Shown piece by piece: positions 1 through 11,924 of a DNA stretch of 64,000 nucleotides. A program made the translations under genes and the position numbers. Below the pieces are notes generated by a model. The model was not told the DNA's origin, did not search any database, and worked only from the letters and a program-made list of their open reading frames with translations. Position 1 is the stretch's first letter, and every line of letters starts with the position of its first letter. The stretch covers positions 207,390,001 through 207,454,000 of the forward strand of contig OZ024741.1 in the NCBI GenBank assembly GCA_964016885.1. Direction: 5' to 3'. Origin of the DNA: Eledone cirrhosa. Its lineage: Eukaryota.

Positions 1-59
1 ATATATATATATATATATACGATGTTAACAAATGAAAACTATATTTATAAAACCATATT

Positions 60-124
60 TATTTCATTATACATATTTCAAGGACACCAAGTTAAATTAT
101 GGTGTGCTTTCATCAGATAAAATA
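60..124 (-). ncRNA. Type I hammerhead ribozyme motif (inverted copy)
   Basis: Minus strand reads UAUUUUAU-CUGAUGA-AAGCACACC(loop)GGUGUCCUU-GAA-AUAUGUAU-A-AUGAAAUA: intact core, 8-bp stem I, stem II, self-complementary stem III. Confidence 0.75.
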
Positions 125-931
125 TAATATAGATCAGTTTTATAAATAATTATTGACATACACTTAAAGAATGCAACCATTACTGTTGGAAGCTCCCGGA
201 TAGTGGAGTTATAGCTTTAATTATATTATTAGGTAAGTTAGTATTGGATATTTTTTAAATAAGCCGTTGGGTTACGGAGAAAGAGAAAGAGAGAGAAAGA
301 GCAGAACAACAGAGAGAGAAAGATAGAGAGAGAGGGGAGACAGAGAAAGGAGAGAGAACGAAAAACTCTAAGTCATATCTTGTTGAGTTATCTTAACAAT
401 TGAGATGAAATGAATAAATAAAATTAGAAATGTTAATAATCATGAATGGAATATACATATATAATATGAGAAATTTAACCATTGTTTAAATATGATTAGA
501 TGTTTATTTAATCAGTTAAATATTGAGATCAATAGATTAAAAATTGGGATCTATATATTAAGAAATCTATATATTATTATTAAGACTATATTGTTAAAGA
601 TCTATATATTATATAACACGTATACACACGCAAAAATACATACATATAAATATATATACATACGTATAAAAATATATATACATATCTAACTACGTATATA
701 ATATATACATACAAAATATAAAGGATTCTTTAATTTAAAATATAGGAGTCTTATAAAATCAGAGAAGGAAAATTACGTTATATAGTTATATCAATGTTAC
801 AATTGTTAAGATATTAAAGGAAATTTTGTTATACATTTTATGTTATTAAACAATTTTTTTTAATATAAGTTTTATAAGATTACCTGTTATGTATTTATGG
901 CTGTTATTATATGTCTATTTGTCACGAATCA

Positions 932-2361
932 TGGATATTGCTAACTATTACTCATCTATCACTCCTAATCTACTGAATAAAGCACTAACTTACGCATTTA
1001 AACATACAGACCTAACTAGCAATGAAATGCACATTATACTATCGGCACGGAAAACATTAATAGAATTTAATAACCAACTCTGGACTAGGGCAGATAGAAA
1101 TAATAACTTCGATATAACTATGGGATCATCCGATTCCGCTCAGGTAACGGATCGTGTGGGCCTTTTTATAAATAATTCTCTACATAGGAAAATACCTGAG
1201 ATAACCGGAGGTTGATATCGTGACGACATGCTTTTACTTATAGAAAATAATAACTGTGAACTAAATAGAAAAAGAAAACAAATTATACAATTTTTTAATT
1301 ACCTTAATCTAAAAGTAGAAATAGAGAATAACCATAAAATAGTTAACTTTCTAGATGTAACTAAATCTTAACACATGTCTTCATTATCCATTTCGCAAAC
1401 TAAATGAGAACTTAATCTACGTCAATTTTAACTCTAATCACCCCAGATCCGTTAAAAATACTATAGTGAACTCTGTACAGGAACGAATTTCAACTAATAA
1501 GAATATATTTGATGAAAAAGCACATTATTACAACGAAGCGTTAGGTAGAGCTGGGTATAGAAATAAAATTAAATACATTGATAATAATAATAATAATAAT
1601 ATAACAACTAACCATAATCGTAACAATTTTAACTATTTTAACAATTTTAACAACTATAATAGAAAACTTTACAATAATTCCGAAAGCGGAAAAAGAAATA
1701 GAACTAGGAACATATTATGGTTCGCTCCTCCTTTCTCATTAAATATTAAAACCCCTATTGCTAAACTATTTTTTAAAGCTCTTGACAAATGCTTCCCTAG
1801 AACACATAGATATTACTCAATTTTTAATAGACATACTATAAAATTAACTTATTCTTCCACCAAAAATTTAGCGCAAAATATTAATAGAATTAATAATAGA
1901 AATTTAAAACCTAACCAAAATACCACTAATAACCCAAGCAATATCCAATTTGATAAATGTAACTGTAGAAATAAATCTAACTGTCCGTTAAATAACAATT
2001 GCTTAGCTAAAAATATAATATATAATTGTAATGTAAAAACTAATTTAAATTCATTTAATTATGTGGGATCCACTTCCACAGAGTTTAAATCCCGCTTCAA
2101 TAATCATAAAAATTCTTTTACAGATCCAAACAAAAAATCTTCAACTTCTCTATCTAGCTTAAAGAACGTTGAATATTCGTTGATTTGGAATATTATTTCA
2201 TAAGCTACTCCTTTTAACTCCTCTTCAGAAAATTGTGATCTTTGTATAGCGGAAATATTCTTTATATTAAAGACCAAAAATTCCCTGAACCTAAGGAACA
2301 ATTTATTCAGTTGCTGTAGACATAGATTAAACTCAACGTTTAAATATAAATTTAAAATGTA
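932..2361 (+). pseudogene. Disrupted PLE reverse transcriptase / GIY-YIG endonuclease ORF
   Basis: ORF fragments 889-1215 and 1466-2203 with stops and frameshifts between them and after them. Confidence 0.85.
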
Positions 2362-3886
2362 ATATATAATTAATGAATTAATTCTATTAATATATTGAAC
2401 CTGTCGATAAATCTTTAGATTCCTTCATTTTCTTTGATTGCTTATACACTCAATTAAAAAAAACTTTTCTTCCTAAATATAAATAAATATAATAAACTAT
2501 TCTAGAGAAATATACTGAAAGCTCTTAAAAGGAGAAAATATTTTTTATATTTTTTATTTTATTTTTTTATTGTTTGATAGTTTCTCCTATTTTCGAAAGT
2601 TTATCCTTTGAAAGTTTCTGTTTATTTCTCTTATGGATATAAAATTAAGTTAAATATACGTAGAAAATGTCTATACTAAATATATTAAACATACTATTAT
2701 TTTGAAATTATAACTTGAAATATTCTATAATATTTTAAAGTTATATTGTTTTTAAAGTTATATTGCCAAATCGTAATATAATTCTTTTGTATTTTATGTA
2801 CTTCAATTATACTATGTACTGATATATATATATTCTCTCTCTATATGTGTGTATATATATGTATATGTGTGTATTGATATACATGTACATATGTTTTATG
2901 CGTGTATGTCTATCTGTATGTATATATATATACGTGATGCGTATCTACCTATTTGTGTGGGTACATATATGTATGTATATGTGGGAATTGTAATTCGATT
3001 GCACTTATTTATAGTGATTATCCCAAGATTCGTGACAAATGGACATATAATAACAGCCATAAATACATAACAGGTAATCTTATAAAACTTATATTAAAAA
3101 AATTTGTTTAATAACAAAGTGTGTATAACACAAAATTTCCTTTAATATCTTAACAATTGTAACATTGATATAACTATATAACATAATTTTCCTTCTCTGA
3201 TTTTATAAGACTCCTATATCTTAAATTAAAGAATCCTTTATATTTTGTATGTATATATTATATACGTATTTAGATATGTATTTAGATATGTATTTAGATA
3301 TGTATATATATTTTTATACGTGTGTATATATATTTATATGTATGTATTTTTGCGTGTGTATACGTGTTATATAATATATAGATCTTTAACAATATAGTCT
3401 TAATAATAATATATAGATTTCTTAATATATAGATCCCAATTTTTAATCTATTGATTTCAATATTTAACTGATTGACTAAACATCTAATCATATTTAAACA
3501 ATGGTTAAATTTCTCATATTATATATGCATATTCTATTCATGATTTTATTTATTCATTTCATATTATATATGTATATTTCATTCTAATTTCATTTATTCA
3601 TTTCATCTCAATTGTTAAGATAACTCAATGACTTAGCAATATGAGTTTTTCGTTCTCTCTCCTTTCTCTATCTCCTCTCTCTCTCTATCTTTCTCTCTCT
3701 GTTGTTCTGCTCTTTCTCTCTCTTTCTCTTTCTCCGTAACCCAACGGCTTATTTTAAAAATATCCAATACTAACTTATCTAATAATATAATTAAAGCTAT
3801 AACTCCACTATCTGGGAGCTTCCAACAGTAATGGTTCCATTCTTTAAGGGTATGTCAATATTTATTTATAAAACTGATCTATATTA

Positions 3887-3951
3887 TATTTTATCTGATG
3901 AAAGCACACTATAATTTAACTTGGTGTCCTTGAAATATGTATAATGAAATA
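3887..3951 (+). ncRNA. Type I hammerhead ribozyme motif in the PLE 3' repeat
   Basis: tattttat-CTGATGA-aagcacact..ggtgtcctt-GAA-atatgtat-a-atgaaata; predicted cleavage after AUA (3943). Confidence 0.75.
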
Positions 3952-4096
3952 AATATGGTTTTATAAATATAGTTTCCATTTGTTAATATCGTATTTTTAC
4001 TCCCAATATTTGTTGAGTGCTTTATATCAGTTATAAAAATATTTGCTTATTGCATCCCAACAATTTAAATAGAAATTTTACATGTATATATATATA

Positions 4097-5082
4097 TTCT
4101 TTAGGTCGTTTTAGAAGCCTCAACAATGCAGATGGGTAATTCTCCGGGTAACAAGATCGGGTGGTGAAGAGAGAGATGTAAGTGAATGTAGAATGAGATG
4201 TATAGTGTGTAGAAGAACGTAGGAAAGAGCGTAAACAATAAAAATAATAACACGAGATAGAGTTACCTTGAGTGAGATTTAATTGTCCCTATATTTCGGA
4301 ATCACATCCATCAACTGCGGGGTTTTCGGGTGGGTGGAGGGTATCTGTCGGATAAGGGGCGATACTTGTCCTTTGCTGTTCGTTGTTTTTAATATCTGAG
4401 GTATTCGGCAGAGCGCGCGCGCGCGCGAAACGATATCGGTCAGCAGTGGTCGGCGGCCGAAATAGTTCTTTTAATTGTGGGAGTGGGGTGACGTTAGCTG
4501 TCAATCCATTATATTGTCTGTCTGTGCTGGTATCTGTATTCGCAGTGTTGTATAGTGTGTGGTGGTGGTAGTATTCCCTGCCTGTTTGGTGAATGTTACT
4601 CTGTGTGTGTATGTGTGCGTGTGTTGTTGACCCGTTTGTTTAAACCAATTCATTTCGTCTGCCTGTTTGGTGAATGATACTGTGCGTGTGCGTGTGTTGT
4701 TGTCTCGCTTGTGTGTGTGCATGTGCGTGTGTTTTTGCCTCGTTTGTTTAAACCAACCACCTCATTTCGCTTCTCTCAGATCGGTTATTCAAAACAACGA
4801 AGGGCAAAGGACACGTATCGCCTCTATCCGACAGATACCCTCCCCCCCCCCTGAAAACCCCCAGTTGATGGATGTGATTCCGATATATAGGGACATTTAA
4901 ATCTCTCCCAAGGTAACTCTATCTCGTGTTATTATTTTTATTGTTTACGCTCTTTCTACGTTCTTCTACACACTATACATCTCATTCTACATTCACTTAC
5001 ATCTCTCTCTTCACCACCCGATCTTGTTACCCGGAGAATTACCCATCTGCATTGTTGAGGCTTCCAAAACGACTTAAAGAAA
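4097..5082. mobile_element. Foldback element with about 300-bp inverted arms (MITE-like or inverted PLE termini), non-coding
   Basis: About 4097-4400 is the reverse complement of about 4775-5082 (e.g. cctcaacaatgcagatgggtaattctccgggtaacaagatcggg / cccgatcttgttacccggagaattacccatctgcattgttgagg). The core has a (GC)n run and a roughly 80-bp tandem duplication. Confidence 0.7.
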
Positions 5083-5132
5083 ATATATCTTATTTTTCCA
5101 CAATGCTTCAAACAAACTTCAATACTCTCTTA

Positions 5133-5163
<31 letters not shown>

Positions 5164-5369
5164 TGTTATACTTGGGGATGGTCATATTTGTGTAATATTG
5201 CCAGAATTAATAACAGAACACACTCACTGTTTGGTTAGTTTTCGCTTTTCGCTTCTGTGTCTTTTATATCGGTAATCTAATTTATTCGGTCCTCAATGTT
5301 GCCATTGACTGACCAACGGTCAAAAATAATACAGATACAATATAGACACAAACACATATATATAGTTTA

Positions 5370-5408
5370 TCAAAGTTCTTTCGTTGCACATCTGCAACAT
5401 CGTCAGTG
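5370..5408 (-). ncRNA. Minimal hammerhead-like motif in the PLE 3' region
   Basis: Minus strand CA-CUGACGA-U-GUUGCA(GAUG)UGCAAC-GAA-AGAACU-U-UG: core and 6-bp stem II present; stems I and III very short. Confidence 0.5.
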
Positions 5409-8084
5409 GTGCTATTGTTTCCTCCCGTTACATTGTATGTCTACGCCATCTTTAGTTAGTCTGTTTATATATTTATTTACTTATTTGTTTGTTTGTTTAT
5501 TTTATTTTTTCTTCTTTGCGCATGCGTTTGCGTGTGTGTATAGTGTTTTGTTTCATGTGTGTTCGTGATTGGGTGAGTGTGTATTGGTTAATGTATTCTA
5601 TCTTTACTAGTGTGTGTTTATATGTGTTTGTTGTTATTGCGCTTGTGTATGTATTTATTTATTTATCTATTTATTTATTTCTCTTAGGTCAGTGTTGTTT
5701 GTTTGGGTGTTGTTATTCCATTCATTCTTTCTGTTTAGTCTTGGCCTTCTAATTTCTATTTCACTGGCCTCTCTGATTTGCCTATCTGCTGGGTCATTTC
5801 TATGTTTAGATATTATTCTAATTTCTATGTTGTCTATGTTACCGTTGTGTTGTTGTCTGGCATGTTCGTATAGTACTGACCCGTTTTTTCGTCCTTTTAG
5901 TTCCCCCCCAGTGTTGGTCTATCCTTTCACCTATGCTACGAGCTGTCTCACCTATGTATGTTGTTGTCGTGTTTCTGCAAGTACCCTCTGTACATCTTAT
6001 GCTATAGACTACGTTTCTAGTTTTACAGTTTATCCGGCGGTTTACCTTACATATGATACATTTCCAATTAGTACAGTGGGTTTTCTTAAAAGGGTAGGTT
6101 TTGCTGATCAGGGATTTTATGGTGGTTCCTGGCTTTTCTACCACCTTAATCTTTAAGTGGGTCTTTCTCAGGACCTTTCTACACTGGTTAGCTAATTTCC
6201 CTCCAGGGGTAGCGTCCACAAACATGACACTCTGGTATCTCTGGTTGTCGTACCATGAGGTGGCTTTCCCTATCTTATGTCTAGCCCTATCTAAGCTATT
6301 CCATGATTTGCTCCTGTATAATGGGCAAATTCCTTTCATGTCCAGTTCTATGAGGGTCTTATACTTATCCATAGCTCCTTCGTGTACTCTGATTCTGTCC
6401 CGTTCGTTGTAGCCAGAGAACTGCATGCGGTTGATGAAGTGTTGGATGTGTCTTTCCATTTCTGTTGGGTCGCACATGCGGGACACGTTCTTCATCACTC
6501 GTACCAAGTCTGCGATCAGAATATTAAACTTAGCACTACTGGACATTGCTGATTTTTTAGTATCAGGTATTTGGAGGCCATGGGTTTAGCGTAGTGTGAA
6601 TGGAGAATTTGGGCTCTCTCGTCTATAGTGTTAATCCAGAGTTCCGTGTCTAAAACAGGTAGTCTATTGTTAGGGTGTTTGGAAGGGTAGTCGATAGGTA
6701 CAGTTATACTCTGGTGTATGGAATTATCTATCTGCTGGATGGTTTCCATTGTGCTACGTTCTAAATTAAACTTGTTAGTACTCTCTTGTGGGGATGTCCT
6801 TATTACTATATTGATGTCGTCTACGTAACGAGATACATGATGAGGTCTATGGAGCTCTCATCAAGGAGATCTTTGGGTCTCCTTTCCCACCATACCATAA
6901 AAAGGTTGGCAACGTCACCAGCTATGCTGACGCCAATGGCTGCTCCCTCATTTTGGGTGAAGATCTTCTCGTTGAACTTGAATGTGTGGCCCTTTAGAGT
7001 AGTTTTGATACTAGCCCCTATTGCATGTGCGACCATTTTTCTTACCTGATCATTGTTTTGGAGGGTCCGTATGGCTTTGGTCCACCCAATCCACCTTCCC
7101 ATGGGAGTCTTTTTTGCCATTGAGGTTATGGTGGGGGTCTACCTCTTATGGTCTACTAGGGCAGAAACGTCTAAGGTCATGGCTGTCTAGGTAGTCAGTG
7201 TCGTAGGTAAGTCTAAGTAGGAGGCCCAGTTCGTCTGTGTCGACGTCGCAGAACTCCACCTCACTCTCAATGATCATCTCCACACATTTTTCCACAGCAA
7301 AATCAATGTTAATGGATGGGTACAGTGATACCACATCCATGCTGCCTATTATGCAGGTTCCTGTTTTTGTTGAACTCGCTGATTCTGCTGAGGAGGTCCT
7401 CTGTACTGTCACATACATCTGGAGACATCTTGATTATGGGGCGTATAACCAATGAGAGGAAGTAGGAGATCCTGTAGTTGCTAGCTATATTAGCTCTGCA
7501 TATGGGTCTTGTTGGTGGTCCTGTTGTCGGGTCGTCGACTGTCTTGTGGTCTTTGCGGAGCCCATACAAGGGTGGTATGCCATTGTTAGACGCCTGGAAG
7601 TTGTTGGCAGTGCGTCTGCTTGGCTTTCGGATGTCAGTCCACATCATCATGTGAGCGTTGAGGGTTTTCTCTCTCGCATCATGTGTTTGCTGTGCAATTT
7701 CGCGCGTGTTGGTGATGTGGGGTTGCATAGCCTTGATGTAGTTCGGCATGCTATCTATTGACATCCTACCAGACTTATCCGTGGGTAGACATACTACCTC
7801 ACCATCCTTGTGCGCTGCTTGAGGCTAATCAAGCCTTCTACAGGTTTCCTCCCAAGTTGTTGGGCCTCTGGTCTGCTCTGTCTCTTAGTATACCTGTCTA
7901 CTATTTGTCTAATCTTATTTCTAGCTATGGTGAACTGTGCCTCTGTCTCGTCATCTATTTGTTGTGGTATGCAAACTCTTTTATTAAAGGGTAACCTCGT
8001 AGGATAGATGTTACCCATCTTATATGTTTTGTCAGCTGGGTTGAAAAATAGTTTCTCTAAGGGGTTGTCATTATATCATCTTCA

Positions 8085-8542
8085 TAGTTGTGTGTTGCTA
8101 TTATTGTTATTATGGTGGTTGTTGTTGTTCCTATCATTAGCATTATTATTATTGTTATGATTGCTAGATGTATTGTTGCTGTGATTGTTAGATGTATTGT
8201 TGTTATGATTGCTAGGTGTATTGTTGCTGTGATTGTTAGATGTATTGTTGTTATGATTGCTAGATGTATTGTTGCAGTGATTGTTAGATGTATTGTTGTT
8301 ATGATTGCTAGATGTATTGTTGCTGTGATTGTTGTTTACTTCACCGTTATTGTTGTTGTTACTGTTATTTCTACCATTGTGGTTGTTACTTTTATTATGT
8401 TTCCTGTTTTTGTTGTGTCTATCATTAATGTTGCTACATGTATTTTTTCCATTATTACCACTGTGGTTGTTGTTGTTGTTGTTCGTATTGTTACCGTTAT
8501 TACTACTGTGGTCGCTGCTGCTGTGTCTGTGGTTAATGTTTC

Positions 8543-8579
<37 letters not shown>

Positions 8580-8730
8580 GTGGTTGTTGTTGTTGTTCTG
8601 TCTATCGTTAGTATTATTACCATTATTACTATTTCTCACTCTCCTGCTATTGTTATTGTTATGGCTGTTATTTCTATACTCAGAGTTATTGTTTATATTA
8701 CTACTACCGTTATTATTGTTGTTGTTGTTT
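8085..8730 (-). repeat. Asn-rich (AAC/AAT)n and 24-nt tandem repeat inside the PLE N-terminal region
   Basis: Units of tgattgYtagatgtattgttgYtR at about 8158-8330 encode NNTSSNHN/NNTSNNHS; (ATT)n at 8543-8580. Confidence 0.85.
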
Positions 8731-9524
8731 ACTTTTGCATTCCAACGTATTTTTGTGAAACACTTTTCCAGCTCCGTTACACTCAATAGGGTTAATCTTT
8801 TTGTAGATGGCAAATTTTGGTGGTAGCTGCAGGATTTGTTGTTCTTGTTCACTGATTAAAGTGTTCCCATAAATATTTACTGTGTGGTCATTGGTAAATT
8901 CTTCCGGTAGTTTTACATCAGTCATACGGATATTGTTGATGTTATCTGGATATTTTTGAGAATATTCTATTTTCCTTTCTTGTAGTTTTTTCTTATTCAT
9001 CCATTCTAATTTCTTATTGAAATGTCTATTGCATTCGTTTCGGGCGTATTTCGTTTCACGTCGGATGACGCTCATGAAGTCATCCCTTTCGTTTGGTGTG
9101 GTGAGATTTTGGACTTCCTTACCGTTAATGCGTTTCTGTCTGTAAAGTTCGTTAACTTTTGTATATGTTGTTCTTTTCATATTAACTGTTATTGTGTGTT
9201 TTAGTCGTTCAGCTTGTGTTTTGTTCAATAATAAATTATTTACTTGTTTTGATATGTTTGTTGTGTATATTTTGGAGGAAACACAGTATTTTAAGAAGCG
9301 GATTTGTTCTGTTGTTATTGTAGTTTTTATATAACAGAAAACAGTGTCTTTCAATAACCTTTCAGCTTGGCACAAGCTAATGCCATAACGGCGATGAATT
9401 AGTTTTGCGAGGTTTTTTATATGTGTGTTCTGTTATTAATTCTGGCAATATTACACAAATATGACCCTCCTCAAGTATAACAATATTTGTTTCGACACAC
9501 GATTTCATATAAAAAACCTCGCAA

Positions 9525-9592
<68 letters not shown>

Positions 9593-9595
<3 letters not shown>

Positions 9596-11900
9596 ATTAA
9601 AATACCGGAGCGTGTTGGAGTTAAACACCCTCTTCGTATTATAGAAATGACAGTAAAAGGTATAGCTCAATGTAATTAAACATCACTACTTCAGCCAATC
9701 AATAGCACCCGGAAGTGTAACTGTAGAGTGAGTGCTAACTGCCCTTTAAACGGTAACTGCCTCTCTAAGAACATCGTCTATGCTTGCGTAGTTATAACTA
9801 ATTCCTCTAATAGAACTTATATAGGCTCTACATCTAACACTTTTAAGACTAGGTTTAATTCTCATATCTCTAATTTCAAACATGTTAAGTTTAAGAATTC
9901 TACTTCTTTAGCACACTATATCTGGGCTCTTAAGGGGGATAATATATCATATAGCCTTAATTGGCGTTTAGTAGCACGCTCTAATAACCTTTCTACACAT
10001 ACTAAATTTTGTAATCTCTGTATCCTCGAGACACACTCTATAATTTTCTCTAGTGAATCCTTACTTAATAGAAAGTCTGAGATATTCTCTTCTTGCCCCC
10101 ACGCTATTTCTAATTCTTACTTTTATTATAAACCTAAAGGTTCTAGTAGTATAAATTGTATCCATTAGCTGATATATTCCATTACTTATTTTTTTTAGTT
10201 TAGGTCCTTTTTGTTTACCACCATTATTATCATCATTATTATCATTGGTTTTTGACAACTTTTTATTCTAGCTCTCATAATCTTTTGGCTACTATACCAT
10301 ATCTATCTTCTTACACATTAAATTTTCACTATTAACACCTTATGAGTATATATCTGATTATATATTATTTTATTTTATTTGGATTCTTCTTTGGATAACC
10401 CCCCCCCCCCCCCCATGCACACATAAACTTATTGTCAACCCCTTCAAATATATTATGATTATATTTAATCCCCCCTTTTATGCTCCTTTTTATTATATAA
10501 TACAGTATATTGATTATGATTTTATGCGCCTTTGTATCCTTCATACATTTCTTTTTTTCTGTCCCTATTAGCCTACCATAATTCTGCTTAAGTCAGTTTT
10601 TTAGATATCGTTATGTAAATGATAGTAGAATATTTCTTTCCTTTATATATATATTTATAGTGAAATATTAATGTTTAGGAATTTTGATTACTTAAACCAT
10701 AGCTAATATTGTATTGCCTTATTAGGTATTTTAAATATTTTCAATATTAATTTATCAAATAGGGTTTTCGAGTCATTTATCTGGGTTGTTTCCTAAGTTT
10801 TTACTTAACTGCATGTGAGACCTAAGTAAATACTTTTGTTTTTGTTTTTTAATTTCCGGTTGATTTTATTTATTTATTTATTAATACTACTGTGCATAGT
10901 ATTTTATGTCTGGCCCTTATTCACTCATCCACATATATGTCTGTTTACCAACCTTGTAATTATAAGTAATTATATATTATATTATGTTCATTATTTTATA
11001 TTGAAGTTGTTATTGTACTATTGATCCTTATTACTTACCGTTGATTTTATGTACCATTATGATATGTTAAATTTGATATATCATGTAAGATGTTTATATT
11101 TTTGTACCATCATAATTTTGGGTATTGTACAATTTATATTTTTTCTCACCTACTCTGTAACTCTATATGAATTGATTTGTTAACTTACATGCCATTATAT
11201 ATTATATATTATTATATTATTATTATAGTATTATTGTGACATCTATATTGTTTGTGTAAATTAACCGGAGATTATCTATTATATTATATTATATATTATA
11301 TAATTATATAGTTTATTATATATTATATGTGTTACTTTTAATCATTTCATTACTTCATGTATATTAGATATACGTATTATTATTATTTTTATTCCTATTA
11401 TGCTTATTTATATTTAAACTCTTAATAACGTTTAATTTGTACTGTTAATGATGGATATGTGTATTGATGTATATGTATATGTGCGTAGGTGTGCGTACAT
11501 ATATACATATGTATATTGTGCCTTTTAATTTTAATTTTTATTTTTAATTTTTATTTTAATATTGTTACAAGTATATTATATTATATTATATTGTAATATA
11601 TATAATTCCCGCTCTATATAACCACCTTTGTTTAGCTCTAGTTTTTTTTGCTTTGGACTATATTTGTAATATGATTCAAAATGTTATCCACCACCTTAGT
11701 GATTTTTATTATATATTTTTACCCATAATCTTCCAATACTTTAGTGTATGTACACTCCATATTCTTCGGAGTTTTCGGCTTGTATTGGCCGATAGTACTT
11801 CTTGTGGTTTTGATTGCCCTGATGAGTCCTTAATAGGACGAAACATTGTTGGCTAATAAAAACTTTTGATGTATTGAAGGCTTCTTTGTTTTATTTTCAT
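9593..11900 (+). mobile_element. 5'-truncated Penelope-like element (endonuclease domain plus long AT-rich 3' region)
   Basis: RKCNCRVSANCPLNGNCLSKNIVY..YIGSTSNTFKTRFNSH..TSLAHYIW..CNLCILE..LLNRKSE..CPH (about 9710-10168). Hammerhead near the 3' end. Bounded by (TA)n. Confidence 0.85.
11813..11858 (+). ncRNA. Type I minimal hammerhead ribozyme motif
   Basis: attgcc-CTGATGA-gtcct(taat)aggac-GAA-acattgt-t-ggctaat: perfect core, 5-bp stem II, near-palindromic stem III, GUU triplet. Confidence 0.8.
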
Positions 11901-11924
11901 AATATATATATATATATATATATA

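Larger units (their letters stand above)
18..4085 (+). mobile_element. 5'-truncated Penelope-like element (C-terminal GIY-YIG; CxCx5C linker, Hydra-clade-like) with an inverted copy of its 3' region at the 5' end
   Basis: RT remnants MDIANYYSSI, FDITMGSSDSAQVTD (ORF 889-1215) and a degenerate YRDD (tatcgtgacgac near 1216). ORF 1466-2203 has WFAPPFS, CNCRNKSNCPLNNNCL, IIY...YVGST...FKSRFNNH. About 18-936 is the reverse complement of about 3020-3993. Flanked by (TA)n. Confidence 0.9.
5161..9529 (-). mobile_element. Near full-length Penelope-like element (Cx4CxxC linker, C-terminal GIY-YIG), frameshifted
   Basis: Minus-strand fragments: PPLYGLRKDHK..PPTRPIC, IIGSMDVVSLYPSI, GAAIGVSIAGDVANLFM, RYVDDIN (shifted frame near 6810-6830), LPVLDTELW, HYAKPMAS, CTNWKCIIC, VVYSIRC..YIGETARSIGER, then SVLYEHARQQH..RQIREA..LNRKNEW in another frame. 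5161-5222 is repeated inverted at 9424-9485. Both ends abut (TA)n. Confidence 0.9.

Noticed and set aside
492-689. Duplicated 65-aa ORF (also 3294-3491)
   Set aside because: A by-product of the PLE inverted arms; low complexity.
4406-4446. Hammerhead-like GCGC..GCGC-GAAAC..GUC
   Set aside because: The CUGANGA core is absent (CGGCAGA) and there is no stem I.
8088-8826. Hydrophobic poly-Leu/Ile/Val ORFs (also 58736-59202)
   Set aside because: Antisense or shifted frames of AAC/AAT repeats, not membrane proteins.
5161-9529. Selenoprotein-encoding Naiad PLE
   Set aside because: The endonuclease is C-terminal, disruptions are frameshifts rather than UGA at Cys positions, and no SECIS was seen.
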